64,000 bases of DNA from a virus: positions 695 to 64,694 of IMG/VR virus record IMGVR_UViG_3300035523_000133; one strand, given 5' to 3'. The notes under the pieces are model-generated. The model saw only the letters and a list, made by a program, of their open reading frames with translations, made no database searches and was not told the DNA's origin. Below are positions 46,025 through 54,762 of this stretch, in pieces (the stretch's first letter is position 1; every line of letters starts with the position of its first letter). The position numbers and the translations under genes are program-made.

Positions 46025-46588
46025 TTAGGTGCCGGTAGGCATCACGATATCCGATTCGACTTCGTTGCCCCACACGGACCATCCGGGGCGCTTGCGCCGG
46101 GCGAACATTTCCAGCCGGGGCTCGTACCAGTAACGTTCGGCGACGCGGTAACTGTGCTCAGGTTTTTCGCTGTGCTCTGTGACGGGCGCCGAAAACCAGG
46201 TGGGCTGCACCTTCACCAGCGGTTTCACCTGTCCTTTTACCCCCAGGAGCATGTGTTCCGTGGCGCCGCGAAGCCAGTAGCCGCACCCAACGAAGGGTGT
46301 CACCCAGTCGTTCTGCGTCTTAGCCCACGTCACCATGCCTTTGTAGGTAAAGCCCCAGTGCTCCAGCAACTCAAAGCCGCGAGCCATCAGCGGGTTGACA
46401 ATCCAAAGCCAGAGCACCGCATTGTCTGCGGCGAGTCCCGGCACCGGCAGGGCTTTAATGTCCGCGAACTTCATGGTTGGGTAGTGCCGCTCACCCGCTC
46501 CTAGCCATCCCGTTCCGGGGGTTTCGGTCTTCCGCGTCTCGTACGAGTACATCCAGGGCGGGTCCGCCATAATGGTCGAAAACTTCAC
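46025..46588 (-). CDS. MT-A70 family N6-adenine methyltransferase
   Basis: ADPPW, HYPTM, LWLW, WGF.Y, GYWLRG.TEH.L, HSEKP, LEMFAR; GTG start after GGAGG. Confidence 0.92.
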   Translation of the reverse strand: MKFSTIMADPPWMYSYETRKTETPGTGWLGAGERHYPTMKFADIKALPVPGLAADNAVLWLWIVNPLMARGFELLEHWGFTYKGMVTWAKTQNDWVTPFVGCGYWLRGATEHMLLGVKGQVKPLVKVQPTWFSAPVTEHSEKPEHSYRVAERYWYEPRLEMFARRKRPGWSVWGNEVESDIVMPTGT

Positions 46589-46650
46589 CGCGAACCCTCC
46601 CCGTCTCAAAAAGTGCGGCTACCCCTCCCCGCCCCGGTTCTGTCACACCC

Positions 46651-46743
46651 CTCAAAGCCGTTTAGCGCCGGGGGCCTCTGGTTGGACGGGATGATGTATA
46701 GATGATCACCCGTTGCCTACCAGATGCAGCCCGGACCTCTGAG
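46651..46743 (-). ncRNA. 93-nt long imperfect hairpin in MT-A70 leader
   Basis: Nested CTCAGAG/CTTTGAG, CCGGG/CCCGG, TCTGGT/ACCAGA, ACGGGTGAT/ATCATCCCGT. Confidence 0.45.
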
Positions 46744-46796
46744 CCGTTGAGATAGAGATTAATTGGTGCCGCCAGGGCGGATCATTGGGGTAGCCG

Positions 46797-47075
46797 TCAC
46801 AGGTACTCGCGTTGCGATTCCAAAACCTCGTCCACGCCGGCGTATGCCCGGATGCCCTGGGTTCCTGCGATGCCCAACTCTTGGTCACCCTCGGACGGGT
46901 AGCCTGGTAGCAACACCACGGCATCGCAGACTGCGAGGAACGCCAGGCGGGTCGTCTCCATGCCAGGGCGGTACGAAGCAATGTAAGGGGCGTAGCCTGC
47001 GGCCCTCAGCCGTTGGTCCGCCTCCGTGGTTTCGATGTCAGGCGGTCCGCTCACGTACACGCGCAGATAGCGCAC
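46797..47075 (-). CDS. DUF4406 / nucleoside 2-deoxyribosyltransferase-like protein
   Basis: VYVSGP...LAVCDAVVLLPG..SEG...E. Confidence 0.7.
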   Translation of the reverse strand: MRYLRVYVSGPPDIETTEADQRLRAAGYAPYIASYRPGMETTRLAFLAVCDAVVLLPGYPSEGDQELGIAGTQGIRAYAGVDEVLESQREYL

Positions 47076-47204
47076 GTTCTCATCCCTCTCAGCAACTCAG
47101 GGGCCTCCAGGAAGTCAGGAACCATAGCCAGGGATACCACCGTAGCTTTGGATGATGCATGGCTTGCTGTGCCTCCTCAGACGTAACGGGCTGGTCTCCA
47201 ACCG

Positions 47205-47480
47205 TCAGGCTTTGCTCTCTTCTCCGAAGTAGACGCGCCATATCCAGTACCATTTGCCGCCCATGTACCGGTAGTTGAAGCCCACCTGAAGCAAGAAGGT
47301 GAGAGACTGGTAGACGTCTGTGTGCCGCCCGAGCCACACCAGTGCGTGATTGCGCCCGAAGCTGAAGCCGGGTTGTTCGACCTGGTTGCCCACCGACCAC
47401 CAGACTACGGTGAGGAGTGCAACCAGACCGGGGGCGAATAGAACCAATCCAAACGCTGCGCCTCGCCAGAAGTCGTCCAT
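47205..47480 (-). CDS. Membrane protein
   Basis: N-terminal TM, SD GGAG. Confidence 0.6.
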   Translation of the reverse strand: MDDFWRGAAFGLVLFAPGLVALLTVVWWSVGNQVEQPGFSFGRNHALVWLGRHTDVYQSLTFLLQVGFNYRYMGGKWYWIWRVYFGEESKA

Positions 47481-47500
47481 CTGTCTCCTGCACCTCCGTA

Positions 47501-47686
47501 CCAGATCGCTCTGGCTGATTGGTTAGTGGCGAGGGGCGACGAATGCTCCGCGTATGCCCGTCGCCGCAGGACCCGCCCTCGGGGACTTCGTTGCGTCCTT
47601 CGGTGGGCATGGCGCGTACGTTCGCCGTCCCCACAGGTCTCCACTTGGAGGTGTCGCCCGGACAATCCCCGCCACTAGCCAACCAG
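47501..47686 (-). ncRNA. Candidate multibranch structured RNA (about 185 nt)
   Basis: 19-bp closing stem with one mismatch plus at least five internal helices and a 3' GCGA-loop hairpin; no ORF with SD. Confidence 0.6.
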
Positions 47687-47690
47687 GGCC

Positions 47691-47984
47691 TTATCGCCGC
47701 TTTCCGGTTTCGTATGACCCCGGAGCCCGCTTTCCAATTCCCCACAACTGCCACGGCGAAGCCGGTGTTGGCGGGTTGTCAGCGGGCCACATTTTCCGTT
47801 TTGGCCCTGTGACCTGTTGAATTGGGCGCCCCCGAATTTCTTTTCCGAACAACGTCTTGGTGACGCTTTCGCGCCTCGCACAGACGACGTTGTTGGCGCC
47901 GCATTTCCGACAAACTAGAGACGTCTTGGTGGCCGTCGTTTGAATATCCAGCGTCGCGCCGCACCCGCCACACGGTACTTCCAT
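47691..47984 (-). CDS. Com-like zinc-ribbon protein
   Basis: VPCGGCG...LVCRKCGANN, basic tail. Confidence 0.6.
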   Translation of the reverse strand: MEVPCGGCGATLDIQTTATKTSLVCRKCGANNVVCARRESVTKTLFGKEIRGRPIQQVTGPKRKMWPADNPPTPASPWQLWGIGKRAPGSYETGKRR

Positions 47985-48043
47985 CCGCCATCACGCCCCT
48001 CGTCAACACTACGGAACTTTCTGGTATAATGTCCCAGAGGTGA

Positions 48044-48232
48044 TTGTGCAGAATGTGGGTGGACAAGACGACTCGGGAGCCCGTCCCGCCCGGCAGGAAG
48101 CTTGATCTCAGCAAGCATGCTCCTGCTTGGATATTCGAAGAGGACTCGAAGAAATGGCCACCGTCAGCGGTTGCTTATTATGACTTGGTATGGATCGCTT
48201 TGGAAAGGAGCGTCGCCGGACAAAAGCCGTAG
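48044..48232 (+). CDS. Possible small antisense ORF
   Basis: 62 aa, weak SD. Confidence 0.35.
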   Translation: MCRMWVDKTTREPVPPGRKLDLSKHAPAWIFEEDSKKWPPSAVAYYDLVWIALERSVAGQKP

Positions 48233-48403
48233 GGTGCTCTGCCGTTTATGCAGGGCCGTCTCCGTCACATGCCAGGCACAAGTCCCGCATGGTTCCGCCA
48301 CTCAGGACCATACGTCCCTGACCGGGAGACGACACCACAGCAACAGCAGAGAGCCGTTGCCTGGGGACTGTGCCGGTGCGCCATTCCCGGCAGGTCTTCG
48401 GCG

Positions 48404-48514
48404 CTAGCGGCCGAATGTGGCGCTTACAAACCCGAGGCAAATGCCCCATTCGCCCTTCGGTCCATACCGCCCGGGACCGCAAAGGCGCTTCCAGCCATGT
48501 ACCCATACGTCCAC
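48404..48514 (-). CDS. 36-aa peptide
   Basis: AAAGGAGG SD + GTG; below track cutoff. Confidence 0.4.
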   Translation of the reverse strand: MDVWVHGWKRLCGPGRYGPKGEWGICLGFVSATFGR

Positions 48515-48568
48515 GATTCTCGCCCTCCTTTCATCCCCCTCAGTCCACTCCTAGACCAGGGGGAGGGG

Positions 48569-48736
48569 TTACTGAGCCCGCTTGTGGGGAGCATACAGGT
48601 GGGCGGGTCCGTTCGGTCGCTCTACCCCGGCGCCATCCAGCAGGGCCTTCGGTGCACTACGCAGCATCATCGCCGGGGTATCTGGCTTATCGAACAGGGA
48701 CTTCATCCAGGACGCAAACTGTTGCGAATCGGTCAT
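48569..48736 (-). CDS. 55-aa hypothetical protein
   Basis: GGAGGGAG SD + ATG (MTDSQQF...); below track cutoff. Confidence 0.5.
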   Translation of the reverse strand: MTDSQQFASWMKSLFDKPDTPAMMLRSAPKALLDGAGVERPNGPAHLYAPHKRAQ

Positions 48737-48778
48737 TGGAATCTCCCTCCTTGACGGCTCTATAGGGCCGCCCCTATG

Positions 48779-49018
48779 CTATCTGCACCGCGCCGCATCG
48801 ACGTAACGGTTTGTGCGCATGATGTGGTCGGTGGTTTCTGACTTGCGTTGCTGGCCCTTCGGCACGTGGACCGCTGCCAGTTGCACGCGGCCGGCTACTC
48901 CGTAGGTAGAGAACGTGGTCACGCGACCACGGCGCGGACAGGGCAGTTCCAGATGGCGGACTTCTACGACGGTACCAAACTCGTGGCCGCACGTAGCGCA
49001 CTTCAGCGTCCACACCAT
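48779..49018 (-). CDS. Com-like zinc-ribbon protein (4th ligand altered)
   Basis: LKCATCGHEF...LELPCPRRG resembles Mu Com CxxC...I.CPRC. Confidence 0.6.
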   Translation of the reverse strand: MVWTLKCATCGHEFGTVVEVRHLELPCPRRGRVTTFSTYGVAGRVQLAAVHVPKGQQRKSETTDHIMRTNRYVDAARCR

Positions 49019-49152
49019 CCGAATCACCACCCATCCTTCGAGGGTAGCGGGGGCGCCGCCATGTTAGTTTGTGCGTGTACGCGCGCCCCGCCATTAGGAA
49101 TTACCCTCTCAATATAGGAATGGGAGTAGGTATAAACGTTTTTATGCTAGAT

Positions 49153-49761
49153 TTAGGAAGTCCTGTCTAGTGCGTCCCTCAACTTCATTCGGCTTATAGC
49201 CCGCCTTACAAGGATCTCGACAGTTACGGGGGATGTCGCCATGAACTCGGCGGCCTCTTCGGCCTCGAAGCCGTACCCCCGCACCAGAATCCAAGCTTCG
49301 GCTTCTCGCTGGGTCAGGTGTAGCTCCTCCATCCGTTCGTCCAGGGTGGGCTTCCGAATCCCATCTTCCGGGAGGGGTAGCGTGATTGCGTCATCTTTCC
49401 ATGAGTTGTCCCATGCCCATTCCGCAAGGCGCCGGGGGTCCCTCGGCAGTTCTTTGGTGTGCTGGTCGCGCCCATTCTCCAATGCGATCAACCCGTGGAT
49501 GATGTCGTCCCGCTCCTTGGTGGTGAGTCTGTCGTCCAGGAGGGCGGGCAGGCGGGTCGCCATGCCGGCGCAGTACTTGGCATCGTACCGGTAATCCGTG
49601 ATGGAGCCGCACTGGTCACCCAGGCGCCCATCCGTGGTGCGGGTCTTGGCCGCCATCAGGTCACGGCACCGTTGCTCATAGAGTTTGGCTGCGCCCTTGT
49701 ACGCGGCCACCACTTCGGCGATTCGCTCCCGTAGCCACGGAGGCAGCGGACTTGGCAGCAC
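49153..49761 (-). CDS. Sigma-70 region-4 HTH transcriptional activator
   Basis: LTQREAEAWILVRGYGFEAEEAAEFM..SPVTV..LVRRAISRM. Confidence 0.8.
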   Translation of the reverse strand: MLPSPLPPWLRERIAEVVAAYKGAAKLYEQRCRDLMAAKTRTTDGRLGDQCGSITDYRYDAKYCAGMATRLPALLDDRLTTKERDDIIHGLIALENGRDQHTKELPRDPRRLAEWAWDNSWKDDAITLPLPEDGIRKPTLDERMEELHLTQREAEAWILVRGYGFEAEEAAEFMATSPVTVEILVRRAISRMKLRDALDRTS

Positions 49762-49764
49762 AGC

Positions 49765-50007
49765 TTACTCCTCCTTTATCTCCCGAACGGGAACCCATAC
49801 CTGCCGGGCCCGGTTGCGGATGTGGTGAATAGGGCGTCCGGTCGCTTCAAGGTGGTTCAGGCACTTCTGGATGGTCTCGGTCGAAAAGTGCAGTCCTGCC
49901 GCCATTTCCTTGTGGGAAGGCTTCCGGGCCTCGCAAACCAGGTAGTCGTGAATCCACTCGTATAGGCGGTCGGCCTTCTGCTCCAAAGTCTCGTCGGCCA
50001 CGCTCAT
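49765..50007 (-). CDS. LexA-DBD-like winged HTH protein
   Basis: LYEWIHDY...KPSHKEMAAGLHFS.ETIQKCLNHLEATG. Confidence 0.75.
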   Translation of the reverse strand: MSVADETLEQKADRLYEWIHDYLVCEARKPSHKEMAAGLHFSTETIQKCLNHLEATGRPIHHIRNRARQVWVPVREIKEE

Positions 50008-50147
50008 TCGCCCTCCTTACAGGGGGAGACGGGGAATCCGATGGGTTTAGCACCGACCCCGCCCTCCCTGTGGGTAGTGGCGTAAGGCCTTATAGGTTTC
50101 GCTGTATCTCTAAGCCTCCGGGCTGTGCCCTGGTAGGCGGTTGATGA

Positions 50148-50327
50148 CTACTTGGACGATTGAACTGATTCGCGGCCTCGGTTGGCCCACTCAACTTTCG
50201 GGATGATTTGCGGCCCGCGCAGTTCGACCGTCACATCGCCGTAGCCGGTTTCGCCGTGGGCTTTACGGACGGCCGCCCGGATTGGGGCCATGAGAGCGTC
50301 TAACTCCTGTTCGCTCAACTCGGGCAT
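50148..50327 (-). CDS. DUF2292-like small protein (59 aa)
   Basis: IRAAVRKAHGETGYGDVTVELRG; below track cutoff. Confidence 0.55.
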   Translation of the reverse strand: MPELSEQELDALMAPIRAAVRKAHGETGYGDVTVELRGPQIIPKVEWANRGRESVQSSK

Positions 50328-50351
50328 GGGTGTATCACTCCTTGGTGGTCG

Positions 50352-50531
50352 CTATCGGTGGTTTTCTTCCGCCGGGTAGGGGTCTGCCAGAGCGCTGTCG
50401 ACGTAGGTGTTCCACTGTTCTTGAGTCATTCGCGGGCGGATCGTTCTGGCGGCTTTGCGCTCCTCCCGAAGCACCAGCCACAGCACGAAAGCGGCGCCGC
50501 ATCCAAACCCAACAACGAACACTTCGCCCAT
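50352..50531 (-). CDS. Small membrane protein (59 aa)
   Basis: GGAGGAG SD; N-terminal TM. Confidence 0.5.
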   Translation of the reverse strand: MGEVFVVGFGCGAAFVLWLVLREERKAARTIRPRMTQEQWNTYVDSALADPYPAEENHR

Positions 50532-50544
50532 CCTTGTCTCCTCC

Positions 50545-50994
50545 TTACTCCTTGGTCTCTCCAGTAGGCGGGGGTGGCGGGGTCTCCTCCTTCGGTCTGC
50601 GGAACATGTCCATGATCGTCCACGCTGCGAGTTTCACGCCTTGCCACGCTTCCACCTGGTTGGGCACCAGTCCGCTTCGGGCACACCGCTCCTTGACTTC
50701 GGCGGTCTGCTGAATCCATTCCGTATGCTGCTCCAGAGCGTCCATGTCGGGCTTCGATATCGTCACGGTCCCCTCTGGGGGCTGTATCAGACCAAGGACC
50801 GTTGCGGCTTTGGCGATGAGTGCCATGTCGCTGTTCACGTCCACGATAGGGGCGGCTTCGTTCAGCAGTCTGAACCCGGTCGCCGTGGTTCCAAAACACC
50901 AGTGTTCGATGTATGTGGACCGCGAGGTGAGCAGGTGAAACCCGATGCCCTCCAGAGCGGCCCGCGTCTCTGGGCTGGTAGGCAGATGTGTCAC
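50545..50994 (-). CDS. Hypothetical protein
   Basis: 149 aa, coupled. Confidence 0.6.
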   Translation of the reverse strand: MTHLPTSPETRAALEGIGFHLLTSRSTYIEHWCFGTTATGFRLLNEAAPIVDVNSDMALIAKAATVLGLIQPPEGTVTISKPDMDALEQHTEWIQQTAEVKERCARSGLVPNQVEAWQGVKLAAWTIMDMFRRPKEETPPPPPTGETKE

Positions 50995-51419
50995 GGTCTC
51001 TCCTCCTCTCTCCCTTGGGATGGGGCTGCCGCTTCGATGGTGCTTTTTTGCTGCATCCTTGCCACCTGCCTATCTACCCTGTCGGCAGCTTCCTGGAGGC
51101 GGGCAACGGCATCTTCCTTGGTTTCACCCCAAGCGTCGATGCACGGTAGGCCAGCATGGTACGGCAACGGCCTTCTGAGCCACGGGACAGGAATGTCCAC
51201 CGAAGGCGTAACGAGCACTCTTCCGGCCAATCGGTTCCTGGCCTCGTCCAATTGCCTCTGTAGGCCCTCGATGGTGGCGAGGGCGCCGCCCATGTCCACG
51301 GCGTACCACTCCGCGAACCCAAGTTCTTCTGTCGGGTCGGCCATCCGTTGGGCGATACCCAACCGGTCCCGGACTGCGGCTATTTGCTCGCCGGTGAAGG
51401 GCTTGTACTCCTGGGTCAT
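50991..51419 (-). CDS. Hypothetical protein
   Basis: Start MTQEY after GGAGGTG. Confidence 0.6.
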   Translation of the reverse strand: MTQEYKPFTGEQIAAVRDRLGIAQRMADPTEELGFAEWYAVDMGGALATIEGLQRQLDEARNRLAGRVLVTPSVDIPVPWLRRPLPYHAGLPCIDAWGETKEDAVARLQEAADRVDRQVARMQQKSTIEAAAPSQGREEERP

Positions 51420-51601
51420 GGCGTCTTCACCTCCTGGGGTGCTGTAGGGGGCCATACCGCGTCATGCAGGGCCTTGATATGCTTGTCGCATGAGCGCCCA
51501 CATCTGGCCTGCTCAAATCGGCAGTCGGGGCAGTTCTCAATTTCTCGGAGGATGGGGCGGCATCTCTCGATGGGAGACGGTCCCCACTTAGGCTCATCCA
51601 C
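51416..51601 (-). CDS. Small Cys-rich protein
   Basis: CPDC...C...C..H; GTG start. Confidence 0.5.
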   Translation of the reverse strand: MDEPKWGPSPIERCRPILREIENCPDCRFEQARCGRSCDKHIKALHDAVWPPTAPQEVKTP

Positions 51602-51944
51602 CGTTCTTGCCGCCTCCCTCCTGGTGCTTCTGGGCCATGAGCCGGTCAATCTCAGCAGCGATGAGGGCGCCAGCCTTGACGAGATTGCGGATTGCGTCCG
51701 TGCTCGGCTTCCAGTAAGGGTCATCCCACGGCCAGAGGCGCGGTACGCCCTCCCCGGCGCGGTAGCCGTCGCTGAACGTGACGCAGTTCGGCCCGTACTG
51801 GGTGGCCTCGGCGGCGTAGGCGTAGCAGATTGCGGCCTCCACAAGTTCCTCGCGCTTGTGCTGTGCGTCGTGCTTCGCTGTCCAGCCTTCAACCTCGATT
51901 TGCCGCTGCCGTTCGGCGGCGATCAGTTCAACACCCTTGCTCAT
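51594..51944 (-). CDS. Ead/Ea22-associated-type phage protein
   Basis: IAAERQRQIEVEGW...HD...ELVEAAICYA...WPW...WKP...NLVKAGALIAAEIDR. Confidence 0.8.
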   Translation of the reverse strand: MSKGVELIAAERQRQIEVEGWTAKHDAQHKREELVEAAICYAYAAEATQYGPNCVTFSDGYRAGEGVPRLWPWDDPYWKPSTDAIRNLVKAGALIAAEIDRLMAQKHQEGGGKNGG

Positions 51945-52270
51945 GTTGTCTTCCCTCCTTGGGGTTCCTGGGGCTTTAGGGCGGCCTCTGCGATGGTCTG
52001 CAAGTCTTGGATGTCGGTGACATGCCAACCGCCTGTCGTTAGGCGGCTGCGGGGCATCTCTGCGATTTCCTCCAGGGCCTTGGTCTTGCGCCCCTCTGAA
52101 TCCAGGAGGAACTGCAGGGCGTCCGCACGGCGGTCGTCTTCCTTGGGCGACTTCACCAAGCCTATCTCCCTACTGATTTCAGCCGCCCGTCGGTACTCGC
52201 CCGCCATCGTCTGCACCGTTGCCCGAACCTCTTCCCGGCTCATGGGTTCCTTGGGGGTCTGCTCATCCAT
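51941..52270 (-). CDS. Hypothetical protein
   Basis: 109 aa, SD. Confidence 0.6.
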   Translation of the reverse strand: MDEQTPKEPMSREEVRATVQTMAGEYRRAAEISREIGLVKSPKEDDRRADALQFLLDSEGRKTKALEEIAEMPRSRLTTGGWHVTDIQDLQTIAEAALKPQEPQGGKTT

Positions 52271-52685
52271 GGTTCTGTTCGCCTCCCTTCGCCTTCAGGG
52301 TGAACCCCTTCGGGCGCTGCGACTCCATCGCCCCACACTCTTTCCAGGGCACGGCACCGATGGGGATGGCGCCCGCTACGATTTTGCCGTCCAAGGTGAT
52401 GGACTCGAAGTGCAGACGGTCACACCACGCCCGCCAGAAGACCGACCGCAGCCCCAGGGCGTTGGTGAACCACATCCGGCGTACCTGGTCGAAGACTTCG
52501 CGGAGTCGGACTTCGATGGCGTCCGCTTCGGCCTCCGTGATGTTGGGGCTCACACCCTCGAAGGCGAAAATGCCGTTGTCGATGTTGTAGGCCACTTCAA
52601 GGGTGATGCCGTCCAGGGCGTTGGGTTCGTCAGCCTTTTGTTCAGCCGCGGGTTCCTGCGGGGTCTTGGGCTCCTCTACACTCAT
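52263..52685 (-). CDS. Hypothetical protein
   Basis: 140 aa, coupled. Confidence 0.6.
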   Translation of the reverse strand: MSVEEPKTPQEPAAEQKADEPNALDGITLEVAYNIDNGIFAFEGVSPNITEAEADAIEVRLREVFDQVRRMWFTNALGLRSVFWRAWCDRLHFESITLDGKIVAGAIPIGAVPWKECGAMESQRPKGFTLKAKGGEQNHG

Positions 52686-52948
52686 GGAGTGACCCCCTGC
52701 CCTGTAGCCGCACAGACTTCCTTGGGAACCCCCTCAAATCCAGCGCTGGAGTACCCAGGATTGACGTTTATCCAGCACCCGCCCGTCCACGCGTCATGCA
52801 GAATCTGCACGTAGGGGGTGCTCTGCTCATACACCACCACGAACCGCTTAGGCGTGTTGGCCGCCGCCTTGGTGTCACATCCCTGCGTTCCGAGGATGAT
52901 GCCGACCACCGCCCCAACGAACAACGTTGCTATAATCACCCATTTCAT
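52682..52948 (-). CDS. Small exported/lipoprotein-like protein
   Basis: Signal-like N-terminus, TQGC. Confidence 0.6.
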   Translation of the reverse strand: MKWVIIATLFVGAVVGIILGTQGCDTKAAANTPKRFVVVYEQSTPYVQILHDAWTGGCWINVNPGYSSAGFEGVPKEVCAATGQGVTP

Positions 52949-52963
52949 CCGCTTGCCCTCCCT

Positions 52964-53164
52964 CTATGTCGGGCCGGGGTTTTTCGCCTCGGTTGCCGCT
53001 TCTTTGAGCCGTTTCTCCAGCGTGTCCAGCGGTTCGGAAGCGGCCTCGTAGTCCGTGTTGTCTCGCTCGTCGTGGACCATGACTACGCCTTTCGCTGTCA
53101 GCTCCACCTCGCCGCCTCGGGCTAGAATCCAGGCATCCATGATGGTGCTCAGGGTTTTACTCAT
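52964..53164 (-). CDS. Hypothetical protein
   Basis: 66 aa, coupled. Confidence 0.55.
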   Translation of the reverse strand: MSKTLSTIMDAWILARGGEVELTAKGVVMVHDERDNTDYEAASEPLDTLEKRLKEAATEAKNPGPT

Positions 53165-53523
53165 GCCGTAGCCTCTCGTCTTGCCTGGCGCCCGGGGCGT
53201 CCGGGGGCGATTCCGAGTTCGCGCAGTCGCTTACGTACATGGTCCCGGTTGGTGTGCCCGAGTGCCGCCGCCACCGCCCGGATGGTCCGAAGTTCCCGAA
53301 AGAGTTGCAGGAGCATGTCGTCGGCAGGAAGGGCGGTGTTCTCGGGCTTGGGGCCGGCGCCGGAACGCCCGGGTGGAACACCGGCCCGCCGGAGTCGCCT
53401 GGCTACCCAACAGTGATCGACGTAGCCCGCCGCCCGAGTCACCCGGGTGATGCTCCCCTCCTGGACGAGGAGGTCAAGTAGTTCCGAGTCGCTTACCCAT
53501 GGGCCGCGTCCGGTCTGGGGCAT
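53161..53523 (-). CDS. Tandem HTH protein
   Basis: Two SD..LL.L...gsi..VA..lG...V..RLR..GI repeats. Confidence 0.65.
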   Translation of the reverse strand: MPQTGRGPWVSDSELLDLLVQEGSITRVTRAAGYVDHCWVARRLRRAGVPPGRSGAGPKPENTALPADDMLLQLFRELRTIRAVAAALGHTNRDHVRKRLRELGIAPGRPGRQARREATA

Positions 53524-53536
53524 TGTTAGTCCTCCC

Positions 53537-54118
53537 TCAAACTTCGGTCGATGCAAACGAACCCGCGGAGCTTTCGCCTTTTTCTACGATTAGGTGATCG
53601 CCGGGCTTGAGTGCGCGCCCCCTCTGCAAAGGGCCAACACGGACTCGGAAGCGGCGATAGCAGCTAAGGCTGCAAAACTTGGCTTTGCGCGGGGATGGTT
53701 GGATGAACACTTTCCCGCATTCTGCGCAGACGATGGCCGGTCTTGGGGTCTGGGAAGACAGGAGCATTCCTGAACTAAACTGGATGCCGCGTTTGTGGAC
53801 CATGAGATGATGACTGGCGCAAAGCCAGGCGACATTCTCGTGTGAGTTGTTCATAGGGTTTCCGTCGATGTGATGACGATGGACACCTTTCTTGTCGCAG
53901 TTGCCAACTTCGCATGTTTTGGGCTCGGGGTAGATCCGTTGGCATCTCTGGTGACCAGTAGTTTCTGGCGCAGTACTGACGACCCCGACCCAAGCCGGGT
54001 GGTTCTCCATGCGTCCGAAACGGCACCGAGCGCACATCCGCGCCGAACGTGTCATAAGTCGGCCACATATTGGGCACGGAATCTTGTAGTCGTCGAGGTT
54101 CTTGTGTGGCATTGCCAT
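53537..54118 (-). CDS. HNH endonuclease with Zn ribbons
   Basis: CPICG, HRHHIDGNPMNNSHENVAWLCASHH, CAECGK..FCS..C. Confidence 0.85.
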   Translation of the reverse strand: MAMPHKNLDDYKIPCPICGRLMTRSARMCARCRFGRMENHPAWVGVVSTAPETTGHQRCQRIYPEPKTCEVGNCDKKGVHRHHIDGNPMNNSHENVAWLCASHHLMVHKRGIQFSSGMLLSSQTPRPAIVCAECGKVFIQPSPRKAKFCSLSCYRRFRVRVGPLQRGRALKPGDHLIVEKGESSAGSFASTEV

Positions 54119-54335
54119 CCCCTCCGGCTACAGTGTCCGTCACGTCTGGCATACACACGTGTGGTCACGTCCGCCAAGAATGCGATCAGTACACGTAATT
54201 CCGCCGCCCGTCCTTGCGCTGGTGGTATTTCAAGAGCGTGTCGCAGTTCAGGCAGTGCGTGGCTTCGGCCAGCATTCGCCGAACCTCGGGGTCGTCCGTC
54301 TCCGCAATCCGTTTGGCCAACCAGTCTCTCTCCCC

Positions 54336-54755
54336 TCAGTCCGCCGCATGGGCCAACAGTTGCTTGGCTGTATCCCTACCCGCTTCGGTGATTGTCCACG
54401 CTATCGGGTCGTTGCACGTCGTGCCCGACTGGCTGGCGACATAGCCCTTTGACTCCAGCCGCCGGCCCATCGACCGGATTCCCGAGGATTCCTTCCCCGT
54501 CGCAGGTGCCAGTTGGGCGGTAGTAGTTGTCCCGTGGCGGTAGAGGTGGACCAGTATCAACTCCTCGGTGGCGGTCACCCGGAGTCGGCCTCGAAGCACC
54601 CGCTCCCAGGACATCCCTTGGGCTTTGTTGATTTGCGGTCCCAGTCCCTTCCCGTGCGAGAGTTGACCGTGGAGGTAATGCTTGTAGAGTTGCAGCCTGC
54701 CGGGGTCTGGCCGTCCGGGTAGGGGTTCCTCGTTTAGAAACCAAGGAGTCGCCAT
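54336..54755 (-). CDS. Winged-helix DNA-binding protein
   Basis: ILVHLY...TTAQLA..TG...IRSMGRRLESKGYV...WTITEAGR. Confidence 0.65.
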   Translation of the reverse strand: MATPWFLNEEPLPGRPDPGRLQLYKHYLHGQLSHGKGLGPQINKAQGMSWERVLRGRLRVTATEELILVHLYRHGTTTTAQLAPATGKESSGIRSMGRRLESKGYVASQSGTTCNDPIAWTITEAGRDTAKQLLAHAAD

Positions 54756-54762
54756 GGGGTAC

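Noticed and set aside
47515-47686. HDV-like ribozyme or canonical glycine riboswitch reading of the structured RNA
   Set aside because: No P3/L3 or J4/2 catalytic C arrangement for HDV; glycine 3' strand CUCUCAGG is missing and there are no glycine-metabolism genes downstream
42690-50100. Recurrent CC/CTATAGG palindrome-like words (42694, 43052, 48759, 50089)
   Set aside because: Short, inconsistent flanks and positions; can arise from stop codon plus SD juxtaposition
54120-54338. Three in-frame TGAs near a CLNC motif (…YVY*SHSWRT*PHVC), suggesting Sec/Cys recoding
   Set aside because: TGA is a normal stop throughout this genome, no convincing SECIS, the read-through frame would overlap the HNH gene, and another frame looks equally protein-like; more likely a small or frameshifted ORF
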